Of a DNA stretch of 64,000 nt, positions 1-12,779 are shown piece after piece (within the stretch, counting starts at the first letter, position 1; each line of letters opens with the position of its first letter). Source of the stretch: Phyllobates terribilis (lineage: Eukaryota). The position numbers were made by a program, and so were the translations under genes. The stretch is from contig NW_027362767.1 of assembly GCF_046119375.1 (NCBI RefSeq), positions 260,896,001-260,960,000 of the forward strand. Direction: 5' to 3'. The notes under the pieces were generated by a model. The model had not been told where the DNA came from and did not search any database. It saw only the letters and a list, made by a program, of their open reading frames with translations.

Positions 1-495
1 CCGCGATACCCCAGCAGACTTCACCCCCTTAGGAGCGCCAGAAACGGGAAAAACACCAGCCCTGGAAAGGGAGAGCAGCGGTGAGCGTCCCTACCTGACG
101 ATGGACTGGTACGTCCTCCGCAGCGGCAGCAAGACCTCGGCCGTCGGCTTGACACGTGGCGTGCAGGGAGACCCCAAGATGGCCGCCAATGAAGAGGCTG
201 TGCGTGCTTCACAGCCGACAGCAGGTGAACCACCTGGGAGGGAAGAGGAGCAATCTATTGAGGCACAGGAGGGGTGGAGGACAGGAGTAAGGAACTGGAA
301 TGGGGGAGAGAACCTGAACAGCCTGTAAAAGGGATATAGATAGCAGGCACAACAACTCCTAGCAGTATGAACTATAAAGATCTTGCACAAGAAGTAGCCA
401 GACTCATTGCCCCAGATATAACAGACTCTGTAACAAAGCCTGTGCAAAAAGCTCTGGAAGATCTTAAAGGGGCCGCAACACAACATGAAATAAGA

Positions 496-1302
496 TGTGA
501 CATGCAGAAGCAGTGCTGTTGCAGAGTGTGACATGCAGAAGTAGTGCTGTTGCTTTAAAAGAATTCAGCAACTATTAGAAGTAACACAAGCACAGGAGAC
601 AGGAAATGTTGTGCTCCAGAAGCATTCAGCAACTAGAGGGGTTAACACAGTCACAGGAGAAGGGGAATGTTTTACAAGAGCCCCAGGGGGATTGTGGGGA
701 AGTTGTTTACTGTCTGGCTGGAGCCGAAGAGAAAGGTGGCTTATGATCTGTATCTCACAGAAGGCAAGGGAACAGAATTCAGGTCATGAGGGAAGCTAAA
801 CAAAGGTCAGCTAGACTCCCTGAGCTAATAGTGTGGAGTATTATCGGCCAGGAAGATAAGGACTAGAAGGAAGCCTGTCACAGAGATCATCTCCCTCATC
901 ACCCCCCCCCCTTCCATCTCCATGCAGGATAAAGAATGCTGTGTACTATTGAGTCCTTGTGAAGGAAAAGCCTGTGGTTGTGTATGCACTAAAACTGTGC
1001 TGTACTGTACTACTGGATAATAGACTGTACACTGCTGTGCTGCGAAGGAAACTGTACTGTTATTACTGGAGCCTGTTGCTCAAAGAGACATCTGCATTGC
1101 ACTGGCTGTGCCTCATTAAGTGTTACTGTTCTACCGTTTATGAAGACTCTTGTCAGATGTGTCTGGTCAGCAACTGAATCTATCATGTGCCTGAGAGAAG
1201 CTGTAGCCTATGTTCACCCTTAGTAACGGTTCCCCCAGGATTCCAACAAATTCATGTAACCGGTCTTGCCCCTATCTGAACTTAGGCGGCGTGCGTGTAA
1301 CA
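496..1302. mobile_element. Solo LTR (about 807 bp) inserted in L1 ORF1
   Basis: Termini TGTGAC...GTAACA, flanked by AAGA/AACA (4-bp TSD, one mismatch). Removing it restores the ORF1 frame H-E-I-R-L-E-E. Confidence 0.75.
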
Positions 1303-2351
1303 AACACTTGAGGAAAGTGAAAATAGAGTGGGAAGAATGCAGGATGAAAATGATCAGACAAAAAAAGACATTAGTTTACTGCAAAACAGTGTCCACATTC
1401 TGGTAGACCGCGTTGAGGATTTTGAAAATAGATTGCACAGGAACAACCTGAGACTAGTAGGTCAGCCAAAGTCCATCAAACCTGGTCAATTATAGAAAAT
1501 ATTTGAGGATGATTTGCCTGAACCACTGGGAGTTGCCTCCAAAAGAAGAGTGGAAAGAGCACATAGGATAGGCCCTCAGAGGACAAAAAATATGTCTACT
1601 GACAACCAGAGGCCGAGACAAGCAATAGGCAAATATCTGGACTTTAATGATAAAGAAACTATCTTGGAGCTTTTAGATGGCGTAAACAACCACTGTCTTT
1701 CCAAGCACTCAAGATTATCATATTCAATGATTATTCTGTGGATGTCAATAAAAGGTGCAAATTATTTAGTGGTTGTTACTGCAGATTGTTCAAAAAGCAA
1801 ATTCAACTTCAACTTTTGTATCCAGTAATTTTGAAATTAAGACAGGAGGATGGTACAACTAAGAGCTTCCAGGATCCGGTGGAGGCAAAGGACTATGTGC
1901 TAAAGTTGCTGGGAGATGGTGGCAAAGAGGAGCGAAGAACAAGAAAATCACAGCAAGTGGAGGCAGATACAGATCAGGAATTAGAAAGTGACAAAGGACT
2001 GAGGAAGCAGAATACTGGCCCATAGAACCAAAGACAAAGGATACCACGTGGCAACAGGAAAGACCAGGAGGGTGTTATTGGCTCAGATAAGTTAACCTGA
2101 AGAAAGACCGAGACTTTGGGAATGTGTCACTTTGACTGATCTAAAGACCCAAGTGGCTCTCCGTTCGGCCTCACTAAAAGGGGTGAACATTTAAAAGAAC
2201 TTTAAAGTTGTTTAACATTACAGTTATTGCTGGGCCGAGGAGCTCATGGGTAAGAGGAGCCAGAAAAAAGGGAGTTAAAAAGATAGATAAATACCGACTT
2301 GGAATGATAAGTTATTCTTGTTTGTTAATTGGTGTTTGGGTTAGTTGGGGG

Positions 2352-3561
2352 CAGGGCCCGCTTCAGGTTTTCGTGGGATTGGGCAAAAGCGTCTCAGTGG
2401 CCCCTTTAACACATACCACCATTCATGATGCACAGATACGGCAGAGAAATCTAGGTATACAACAGAGGGCCCAGCCTGCCCCCTCATCCTTCACATATGC
2501 AAACATGCACGCGCACACACACACACACAAACACAGTATGAGACATGCACACACACACGGTACGCAGACATGCACACACACACGGTACGCAGACATGTGC
2601 ACACATACGGTACGCAGACATGTGCACACACACGGTATGCAGACATGTGCACACACGCACACATGCACACTCACAGTACGCAGACATACACACACGGTAC
2701 GCAGACATAGACACACGGTACACAGACATGCACACACACACGGTACACAGACATGCACACACACACGGTACACAGACATGCACACACAGTACGCAGACAT
2801 TTTCACACACGGTATGCAGACATGCACACACACGGTACGCAGACATCCAGACACACGGTACACAGACATGCGCACACACACACATGCACATGGTACACAA
2901 ATATGCACACATACAATATGTAGATATGCACATACACAAACATATACACATATACGTACACATACAGGCATACGTACGTATTTGAACACAGATTCTTAAA
3001 AACACATATAAAATAGACAAATATATATACACAGTCATAAACACTGACATTCACATCATACATGTGCACACACACACATTAGAAATATTTTTAATATGGG
3101 GATTAGGGAAGCCTCACTCACCTGTCCTCGGTCCTGTGTCCAGTTCAGCAGCTCCTCAGGTATGTGGCAGTGCAGGGCCGCCAGCGTGTCACAGACATCA
3201 TGGCCCTGCACCATCAGAGGGACCCACTCGCTGTCGGAGCCCGGGTTGCTCCCCCTCATCTGTGCAAGGCCGCCGGCGTGTCACAGACATGGCCCTGCAC
3301 CATCAGAGGGGCCCACTTTCCACAGCAGGGCCGACACACAAGCACAATTAAAGGCTCAGTGTCGCCCTTGACGTGTCATTACTACCAGACACAGCCGCAC
3401 AGCGCATGGCCATGTCTGGGGAAGTGCCGGCAATCAAGCAGCTCCGGCCGTCCTGAACAGGTGCCGGGAAAAAGGCCCGGGCCCCGACAGTGAGTGGGCC
3501 CCTCTGATTGTCCAGTGCCCCGGCACTTGCCCGGGTACACCGGGTGCTGATGCCGGCCCTG
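2352..3561. mobile_element. Non-autonomous hAT element carrying a CA-rich minisatellite
   Basis: TIR CAGGGCCCGCTTCAG versus reverse complement CAGGGCCGGCATCAG (13/15). Perfect 8-bp TSD GTTGGGGG at 2344-2351 and 3562-3569. Confidence 0.8.
2508..3075. repeat. CA-rich minisatellite (about CACACACGGTACGCAGACATG units)
   Basis: Directly visible tandem array. It explains the spurious H/T- and C/V-rich ORFs. Confidence 0.9.
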
Positions 3562-3669
3562 GTTGGGGGGACATGCAGAAAGAAAAAAATAGGGATCAAA
3601 ACTGGAAAGACAAAAACAATAAGTGGAATGTACACGTAGCTTATAACATAAAAATGAAAATAACTTTGT

Positions 3670-4092
3670 ATGCATATTATATCATGGAATGTTAAGGGCC
3701 TCAGAGCCCAGACCAAAAGAATGATGGTTTTAAGGCATTTGAAGAAACTAAAAGCGGATATCGCTCCATTGCATGAAACGCACTTGAAGTCTGAGGATTT
3801 ATTTAGGATGAAAAAGTTGTGGGTGGGAGAGGTGTACGGGGCAGAAGGGGAGGGAAGGGAGGCAGGAGTCTTAATACTGTTAAATAAAAACCTGCCTTAC
3901 ACGGATAAGCTAGTAGATAGAGATGTTGAAGGAAGATATATTATGATAAAACTGGAAGATAGAGATGGAGAAATCTGTGCAGTTAATTTATACGCTCCTA
4001 ATTCTGACCAAAAACCCTTCTATGAAAAACTGCGTGTTAACTAGCTCCAAAATACAGTGCGTAAATTGATATTAGGAGGGGATTTTAATGCC
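3670..4092 (+). pseudogene. L1 ORF2 apurinic-like endonuclease domain (stop at 4044, truncated after GGDFNA)
   Basis: IISWNVKGL, HETHL, AGVLILL, DVEGRYI, NLYAPN and ILGGDFNA are APE motifs. Confidence 0.9.
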
Positions 4093-4305
4093 TTCCCGAC
4101 ATGGGCGTATTAATACGTATCTGCGCCCTGGGCCTATTGGACCTGATACATATTAATACGCCCTGGCGATTGCGCCCGCACAAAGGTTGTGCTGGCGCTA
4201 TCGCCGCCGGGTGTCAGCTGATCGTCACAGCTGACACCCGGTACTATGTGCTAGGAGCGGTAAGCACCGCTCCCAGCACATTAACCCCCGAAATGCAGCG
4301 ATCTA

Positions 4306-4367
4306 CAGTACAGACCAAAAGTTTGGACACACCTTCTCATCTAAAGATTTTTCTGTATTTTCATGAC
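4306..4367. mobile_element. Terminal fragment of the DD38E Tc1 family found at 26801 and 36798
   Basis: TA+CAGTACAGACCAAAAGTTTGGACACACCTTCTCAT matches that family's TIR. Confidence 0.8.
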
Positions 4368-4619
4368 TGTGCAGTTCACAACACCCAGGATAATATCGGC
4401 AGGTCTGCGCTGTCAATTTTGGATAAATTGGGATTGGTAGGCAATTTCAGAAACTTAGTGGGCGCACTGTATACTAACCCAACGGCTAAAATTCAAACCA
4501 CTGGGTTTGTATTAAAAAGTTTTCTCTTGAGAAGGGGACTCGACAGGTATGTCCCCTTTCCCCTCTAATATTTGATCTAGCATTAGTGCCTATTGCACGC
4601 TATCTGTATATATATATAC

Positions 4620-5330
4620 AGTGTGGGGGGAGCGGTAGCGGAGGAGGAGCGGGACACAGGAGGCAGCAGCCGCCTGCTGCAGCCTACACTGTCGCCGCTG
4701 CTAAAGAAAATGAATATCCACTGCTCCCCACACCCATGGGCGTGGGGTGCACTGAATATTCATGCTCCTTAATAGCGGCACACAGTGTATCAGCAGCGCG
4801 GCTCCTGCTGTGCCCGCTGTTAAAGAGCATGAATATTCACCCCCTCTCCACACCCATGAGTGTGGGAAGGGGGTGAATATTCATTCCCTTTAATAGATCG
4901 CCCGGCAGCAGGTGTGCCATGCATACCAGGATAGGGATGAGGGGTGCCATGCATACCAGGATAGGGATTGCTGTGCCATGCATACCAGGATAGGGATTAG
5001 GGGTGTCATGCATACCAGGATAAGGAAGAGGGGTGCCATGCATACCAGGATGGAGGGGTGCCATGCATATCAGGATGGAGGGGTGCCATGCATACCGGGA
5101 TGGGGGTGGAGGCCACGTATAATAGGAAGGGGGGGACATATATACCAGGATGGGGGATATTATCAGTATTGGGGGACATTACCCCTATACCAGTATCAGC
5201 AGCAGACCCCCTCCCCCTTAACAGTGCATCGTGAACACATTTTTTGCTTAAATTTTCTTTTTCTATTTTCCTCCTCTAAAACCTAGGTGCGTTTTATGGT
5301 CCGGTGCGTCTTATAGTCCGAAAAATACGG
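4620..5330. mobile_element. One-ended non-autonomous Tc1/mariner-superfamily (Tc2/pogo-like) element with an internal minisatellite of about 26 bp
   Basis: Ends GGTGCGTCTTATAGTCCGAAAAATACGG followed by TA. Internal GGGGTGCCATGCATACCAGGATAG repeats at about 4910-5110. The other TIR was not seen. Confidence 0.55.
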
Positions 5331-5332
5331 TA

Positions 5333-7838
5333 TGTTGTTCTCATTCAAATATTTGGAAAAATAAGAAACATCATGAGAAGAATAATTAGAAGAAAAAATG
5401 AAAATCAGATCATCAATATATCTTGCATAGTATGTAATATTATTGTGCAGGGGATTGGACGATGAATATAATATTGTCTCCTCCCACCACGCCATGTAGA
5501 GATTCGCAAGGGAGGGGGAAAATTTCGCCCCCATTGGACAGACCAAAACCTGTAAATAAGACCTATTATCAAAAGAAAAATAATTATTAGTTAATAGAAA
5601 TGAGGTTACAGAGAGAAAACACATGATTAGATCACCTGAAAGGAGCTATACTTCTGCAGGTGGTATGACAGGTGGTATGACAGTGCAGTGAGTGCTGCAT
5701 CATGTGGAATACACGAGTATAATGATATCACATGTGACCCAGTTATCATGTTCATGCCATGTGATTCTGTCCATGATTTGTAATAGATGTTTGGTGTCCT
5801 TTATATGGCTGCTTGTTTGTGTCACAAAGGGCTGTAGAGTGCTGTCAAGCCATGATGATAAGTTCTCCGTCACTGAATTTATGCCAGCCACAAAGGGTCG
5901 GAGAGGAGGAGGAAAACGCTTTTTATGCAGTTTTTCAAGAGCGTGAAAAATAGGGCATGTGAGTGTTTCATTCATAATAAATTCCTGTTCCTTTTTGGAA
6001 ATAAATTCCAAAGTAACTCCTTCTTCCAACAATTTAGACATCTTTGCAGATATATGGTCAGTAGGATCAGAGGAAAGTTCCTGATAGATAGATGAATCTG
6101 AAAGATGATCCATAACAGATTTATGATACAACATATTATCCATAATGACAATTGATCCTCCTTTGTCAGCTGCTCGTATTGTGATATTTGGGTTCTCCCT
6201 TAATTGTTTAAGCGCCATTCTTTGTTTGTTAAGGCCCCGTCACACTTAGCGACGCTGCAACGATCCCGACAAAGATACGACCTGTCAGGGATCGTTGCTG
6301 CGTCGCTATGTGGTCGCTGGTGAGCTGTCAAACAGGCAGGCTCACCAACGATCAGGGGAGCAGCGACATCGTGGAAAGAATCTTTCCACGATGTCCTGCT
6401 CCTGGTTACCAGCCTGCTGAAGCAGGAGCAGGCTGGTAACCATGATAAACATCGGGTTACTAGGGGCACACACGCACCTAGTAACCCGCTGTTTATCATG
6501 GTTACCACTCTGCTACGGTGAGCGGGAGGTTACCGCTCACTTTAGCAGGCTCGTAACCATGATAAACAGGGGGTTACTAAGTGCGCGTGTGCCCCTAGTA
6601 ACCCGATGTTTATCATGGTTACCAGCCTGATCGCTGCTCCCGCTGGTCACACACAGCGATGTGTGCTGACCAGCGGGAGGGCAACGACCAAAAAATGGTC
6701 CAGGACACTTTGCAGCGATCAGCGACCTCACAGCAGGGGCCTGATCGCTGCAAAGTGTCACACATAGCGACATCGCTGGTGAGGTCGCTGTTGCGTCACC
6801 AAAACCGTGACACAGCAGCGATCTCGCTAGCGATCTCGCTATGTGAGACGGGGGCTTAAGTCAAGTTAGATTCTGTCTTTTTTTTGGATGGAAAAATATT
6901 CTTTCAAGTCCCATTCTTTAATATGTTGAAAATTGTCCATAGCTGATACTCTGGTATTAATAGGGTAAAATTTAGGATTAGGAACATAAAAAACCGGAAG
7001 ATTATTATCCACAACATCATTGTGCCGGTTGCTCAAATCTGGTTAGAGTATTAATGGAGCATTGTTCTTGAAAGGATAAAATTTCACAGGATGGGTTATC
7101 CAGTTGTGAATGGTGTATGTCATTATTAGTTGAACCCTCATTGAAAAAATGACGTTTGACAATTAAGAGCCTTATAAATTAATTTATGTCCATAATAGTA
7201 TTAAATATATTAGTATTATTAGAAGGTACAAAATTTAGACCTTTAGAAAGAATGTGTATTTGGTCTGATGTGAGGATATTAGCTGATAAATTCAGAACTG
7301 TGAATCTCTCGGCTGAATGGGATGGGTCAGAAACACATGCACCTATCTCTTGTTTCGAGCTTAGTAGGGGTTGTTTTTTCTTGTGTTTCTTCCCTGCCCT
7401 ATGCCCGGGTCGTCTTTTGGAAAATTAGAGTGATTGGTGCTCTGAGTAGTATTAGCCTATTCATACGAGCCACCTGACTTGTGTCTGAGCCACTTGCATC
7501 AGTGTATACAGAGAGGCCCTCACATGAGTCCTGTTCAGACGAACTGAAGCTAACACGTGCTGCTGTTTTATATGCATGTTTTTTGCTAACAGACAATGTT
7601 TTTAAAATGGATTTAGGAGAAAATTTATTGGTATTAACTTGCCATATGTATACTAGATTTTCTTTGTAATCTTTGAGATCTCTATTAAATGTTTTTAGTT
7701 TAGTTTGCATAATGGATTCTTCATTTTCATTTACGGTAGCCTGTAATTTTTCTTTCATGGAGTTATATTCTGGGGTACCTGAAAAACTATTAAGAGAATC
7801 CTGCAACTTAATAACAGTTTCAAGTTCTTGTAACCTTC
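5333..7838 (-). mobile_element. Penelope-like element, inverted copy (N-terminal region plus RT, truncated)
   Basis: Minus-strand ORFs: RDLKDYKENLVYIW, ALKQLRENPNITIRAADKGGSIVIMD, CPMGAKFSPSLANLYM, YARYIDDLIFI. Reverse complement of 15455-16210 plus 25624-26530. Confidence 0.9.
6233..6855. mobile_element. MITE (PIF/Harbinger- or Kolobok-type) with internal inverted repeats
   Basis: TIR GGCCCCGTCACACTTAGCGA versus reverse complement GCCCCCGTCTCACATAGCGA, with TTAA on both sides. A second copy lies in the opposite orientation at 51888. Confidence 0.8.
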
Positions 7839-8499
7839 ATAAACTGCAATACAACACATGTAATATATTCAGCCACTTGTTCCTTGTGTGACATTCAACA
7901 CATTGGCTGCTCTTCTCCCAAGTTGAAAGTTAGAATTGCTGAGCACTAGTGATGAGCGAGCATGCTCGCTACTGCTCAGTGCTCGCCCAAGCATCTCACT
8001 GCTCGAGATGCTCGGCGCTCGCCGAGTATTTCCGGGGTTGCTCAGCGGGAGCCCGGGTCCCCTCTCTGCATGTTTGGCGCTCTTTAGAGAGCCAATGAAC
8101 ATGCAGGGACTGTCTGCCACTCACTGTAATGCCGCAGCCATGTTGGTTGTGGCATTACAGTGATTGGCTGGCCGCACAGCATCATCAGGTCTATATCAGA
8201 CCTGGCGCCGCCATGCTCATCACAGTCACTCCGGAATCAGACAGTGTAGGGAGAGGTGCTGCTGAGCTAGGGAGAGATTTGCTTGTTTATTAGGTAGTGT
8301 AGGTAGAACAGAAGTATATTACACATATCCATCTCAACAAACAGTCCTTCTGAGGACTAATCCATCTGCAGAGATATCAGGCAGGCAGTGTATATAGCAG
8401 ACTACAGTGCATATAGCACAAGAGGCTCCATTCTAGTTCTGTCTGCTGCTGCTGCTGTTAGACATTTCTAGACATAGGCCCAGGTCTCAGGGGCCAGGA

Positions 8500-9270
8500 A
8501 TAATTTTTTGGGGGATCTTAATCCTCATTATTTGCTTAAAAAGCAATCCAGAGAACATCGTTTTTCTGCGCATTTTGCTTGTTGGCAGTGCAGAATACAG
8601 CCAGGTCCTTTCCATATTACAGCGCTAAAAATCCAGCTATTTAAAACTGTGGTTTGTCCGTCACACGGATCACATATAATTGCGCTGAAAATATTGCCAT
8701 TTCTGGTCTCCATTGAAATTTTGCTTCAGTGTGTCAGTGAACCTATTGACACCAGTTTGCTGTTAAAAATAGTTACCTACAGGCCAAGCAATGCAGAGAA
8801 CATCGTTTTTCTGCGCATTTTGCTTGTTGGCAGTGCAGAATACAGCCAGGTCCTTTCCATATTACAGCGCTAAAAATCCAGCTATTTAAAACTGTGGTTT
8901 GTCCGTCACACGGATCACATATAATTGCGCTGAAAATATTGCCATTTCTGGTCTCCATTGAAATTTTTCTTCAGTGTGTCAGTGAAGCTATTGACACCGG
9001 TTTGCTGTTCAAAATAGTTACCTACAGGCCAGGTATTTAAAACTGTGTTTTCTCCATCACACGGATCACATATACGTTTTCAGAAAATACTGCCATTTCT
9101 GGCCTCCATTAAAAATTTGTTTCCGTGTGTCAGCGAAGTTTTTGACACCAGTTTGCTGTTCAAAATTGTTACCTACAGGCCAGCTATTTAAAACTGTGGT
9201 TTGTCTGTCACATGGATCACATAAAAGTTCGCTCCAAATTCAGCCATTTGTAGTGAGCGTGGAAGATATT
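8500..9270. repeat. About 245-bp tandem repeat (about 3 copies) in the left subterminal region of the hAT
   Basis: Near-identical ORFs at 8528 and 8773 (offset 245), with a third diverged copy following. Confidence 0.85.
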
Positions 9271-9284
9271 GTCCTCCATTTAAA

Positions 9285-12200
9285 ATGGGCAAGGCACGTG
9301 GCAAGGGACGGGGAACTGGACGTGATGGTGCATGCAGAGGCCGAGGCCGTGGGCAAGCTGAAATTGTGCCACAACAAACACCCACATCTTCTCGCTCGAT
9401 CTTCCTGTCCCAATTAATAGGGGACCGCAGAACACCACTATTGAACACAGAGCAGTGTGAAAAGTTTTTTGGTTGGATAGCAGATAATACTTCCAGTCAC
9501 TTAGCCACCACCACCACCACCCTGTCTTCCACACGGTCAAGTCTCAGTAACCGTGAGCCTGGACCGCATGTTCCTCACCCTGAACCTCCTTCCTCCCACC
9601 ATGTCGAGTGCTCAGAGACAACTGATCCCACACTTGGAAACTCCGAAGAGCTGTTCACTTTTCCATTTATAGATTCGGGCCTCTTGCCCGGTCCACTTGA
9701 AGCGAGGCAAGAGGAGATCACATGTAGCGATGCCCAAATATTTGAGCAGCCATGGTCACACGAAGGCAGCGGTGGGAAAGTGTCACAAGAGGTGGACGAT
9801 GATGAGACACAATTGCCAGAAAGTCAGGAGGAGGACCAGGGTGCGGAAGTGGAAGACGAAGTGGTGGATGATATAGTAACTGACTCAACCTGGCAGGAGG
9901 ACATGCAGAGCGAGGACAGCAGCACACAGGGGGAGGGAGGCAGAGCACCCCAGCAGGCAGGAGGAAGCAGTGTGGTGGCCACAGACAGAAGGCAGGCAAC
10001 CGTTCCCCGTAACACCAATACGAAGAAGTTGCCAGTACAACTGTTAGGTCTTGCCGAGTCTGGTTGTTTTTAAAGACTCTGCCGATAACCCCAAAAAGGC
10101 CATTTGCACCACCTGCCAGGCCAGCATCAGCAGGGGTGGCAAAACTACCAGCCTGACCACCACCAGCATGATTAGGCACATGGCAGCAAAGCACCCTACT
10201 TTGTGGGCCGAACCCCAGGGTCCAGGAACAGTGATTGCGGGTGGCACCACTGCTTCTTCCCCTGTTGTGCATGCAAGCCAATCCCCTGTTCATGGTGCAT
10301 GTGAAGATGCCTCCTGCCCTGCACCTGTCATTGCAAGTAGCAGCATCAGGAAGCACGTCCATGTCCTTGTCCAAGCGCAGCGTTCAGTTGTCCATACCCC
10401 AGTCCTTGGAATGCAAGCGCAAATACGCAGCCAACGCCCCACCGGCCACACTACTAAATTCCCACATTTCAAGACTGCTTGTGCTGGAAATGTTGCCTTT
10501 TAGGCTCATGGAGACGGAAGCATTCCACAACCTGATGGCGGCAGCTGCCCCTCGGTACTTGGTCCCCAGCCACCACTATTTCTCCCGGTGTGCCGTTCCC
10601 GCATTACACAAGCACGTGTCCCAAAACATTAGCTGTGCCCTCAACAACGCAGTTATCGGGAAAGTCCACCTAACCACAGACACGTGGACAAGTGCTTGTG
10701 GGCAGGGACGGTACATCTCGCTGACAGCACACTGGGTTAACATAGTGGAAGCCGGGACCCAGTTGGCCCTTGGGACAGAACACGTTCTCCCGACACCAAA
10801 GATTGCGGGCCCTAGGTCAATCAGGGTTGCCCCCACAGTCTACAGCTGCTGCACCTCATCCTACTCCTCCTCTTCAGCTTCCATCTCCGAAATGACCACA
10901 TCAGTCACAAGCTGGAAGCACTGCAGCACTGCCTTGTTCAAGCGGTAACAGGCTGTGCTGAAGCTAATATGCTTAGGTGAAAAACTTCACAATGCTGAAG
11001 AGTTGTGGACAGCTCTGAAAGAGCAGGCAGATCTGTGGCTCACACCGCTGAACCTACAGCCAGGCAAGGTCGTGTGTGACAATGGCTGGAACCTGGTGGC
11101 GGCTCTGAGGCGAGCTCACACACGTACCATACCTGGCCCATGTGCTTAGCCTCGTGGTTCAGCAGTTTCTCAAATTCTGAGGAGCTGCCGGATCTGCTTG
11201 TTAAAGTACACCGCCTTTTGTGCCCATTTTAGAAAGTCACCTACAACTTCCGCCGCCCTTGCCATGTTTCAGCAGCCTTTGCAGCTTCCGGCTCACAGAC
11301 TGGTGTGTGATATCCCCTCGCGTTGGAACTCTACACTGCAGATGTTGGGAAGGATTTGTGAGCAAAAGAGGGCAGTTGTTGAGTACCAGCATCAACAAGG
11401 CCGTCAATATTCAGTTCAGACTCCACACATAAGACCTCAGGAGTGGACATGGATGTCAGACATATGTACCATCCTCCAAAACTTTGAGGACTCCACCAAG
11501 ATGTTGAGCGGCGATGACGCCATAATTAGCGTCACCATCTTCTGAAAAGCTCTCTGCTCACATTCAAAGAGGAGCAATCAAAGATGGAGCAAGGAACCAT
11601 ACAGGGTGATTACACACAGCCCAGCCTCATCTCATCCCAACGTGGACTGGGATGAGGAAGATGAGGAGGAGTAAGAACAGGAGCTAGTTTCATGCGCTAT
11701 AGACGGTACTACCTGCACAACTGTCATACCGTCTGTTCAGCGTGGATGGCTTGAGGGCAGAGAGGAGGAGGAGAGCATGGTCAATCGTCCTCTTAGTGAG
11801 GACACGGAAGTCTTGCCTGTTAGCAGTCTGGCAAGCATAGCTGAGTTTATGTTATGCTGCCTTTCTCATGACCCTCGCGTTCTCAAAATTTTGGGTGACA
11901 GTCATTACTCGTTGGTGACACTTCTAAGCCCACGCTACAAGAAGAAATTTATATCTCTTATTCCTGAGGTGGACAGGTCTACAAAAATGGGGCAGTACCA
12001 GAAGGCCCTTGTTGCGGAACTATTAAAAAAATTCCCATCTGAAAACACTTGCGGCAGAGGTGGTCACAGTTCGTTGGACAATCAAGGACTACAGGTGAGA
12101 GAGACACAACTCCAATCCAGCAGAGGCAGGGGAACACTGTCAAAGTTCTGGGAGAATTTTCTCAGCGCCTCCCATCGCACAGGCCTTGAGGCGCGGGGTA

Positions 12201-12527
12201 CTCTCACAAGGAGTGCAAAGTTTGGGAAAATGTTGAGGGAGTACCTTTCCGACCGTACCAACGTCCTCCGTGATTCCTCTGTGCCTTATAATTATTGGGT
12301 ATCCAAGCAGGATACGTGGAATGAACTGGCTCTCTACGCCTTGGAGGTCCTGGCCTGCCGCTAGCGTTTTATCAGAGCGGGTTTTTAGTGCCACTGGTGG
12401 AATTATAACTGATAAGCACATCCGCCTGTCAACTGAAAATGCTGACAGGCTGACTCTTATAAAAATGAACAAGGGCTGGATTGGGCCAGACTTCTCAACA
12501 CCACCGAATGATAGCAGCGTAACATAA
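9285..12527 (+). pseudogene. hAT (Ac/ZBED-like) transposase with BED zinc finger; several frameshifts and stops
   Basis: AICTTCQASISRG...MIRHMAAKH (BED finger), VHLTTDTWTS (first catalytic D), VVCDNG.NLV, CDIPSRWNSTLQML, and ASVLSERVFSATGGIITD (catalytic E, dimerisation domain). Confidence 0.92.
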
Positions 12528-12779
12528 ACTCAAATCCAGTGTCTTTTTTTGGGAGGTGTATTCCCATGCACCTCTTCACACCCACACATGGGTATACGCT
12601 TCTTGATTTTGGCTATTTGCTCTTGTCCTCCTCCTTCTCCTCATCCTCATCCTCCACCACCATATCACCGGGGTGACCGTGGTCCGTGATGCAACACCCA
12701 CATAATTTTTTTAAAGGGTGTTTATGATGCCTGTAAAAAATTTTTTTGATACAGTATGTTCATGTATACCCCCCAGGGG

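Larger units (their letters stand above)
1..4605 (+). mobile_element. Decayed L1-clade LINE (ORF1, long inter-ORF region, ORF2 endonuclease, short RT remnant), interrupted by several insertions
   Basis: ORF1 motifs read across the LTR insert: QHEIR|LEESENRVGRMQDEN...DRVEDFENRLHRNNLRLVG, then RVERAHRIGP...YLDFNDKETIL and LLYPVILKL. An APE endonuclease starts at 3670. The RT remnant LYTNPTAKIQTTGF..KSF.L.RG lies at about 4380-4600. Most of ORF2 is missing. Confidence 0.85.

Noticed and set aside
2208-3075. 263-aa His/Thr-rich ORF and antisense Cys/Val-rich ORFs
   Set aside because: They are products of the CA-rich repeat inside a hAT MITE.
4093-4305. Short non-L1 segment replacing the L1 ORF2 interior
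   Set aside because: It resembles the end of a non-autonomous DNA element, but no TIR pair or TSD is visible, so it was not classified.
9285-10073. 262-aa acidic ORF as a domesticated ZBED-type host gene
   Set aside because: It lies between intact TIRs and TSDs, and the downstream transposase has several stops and frameshifts.
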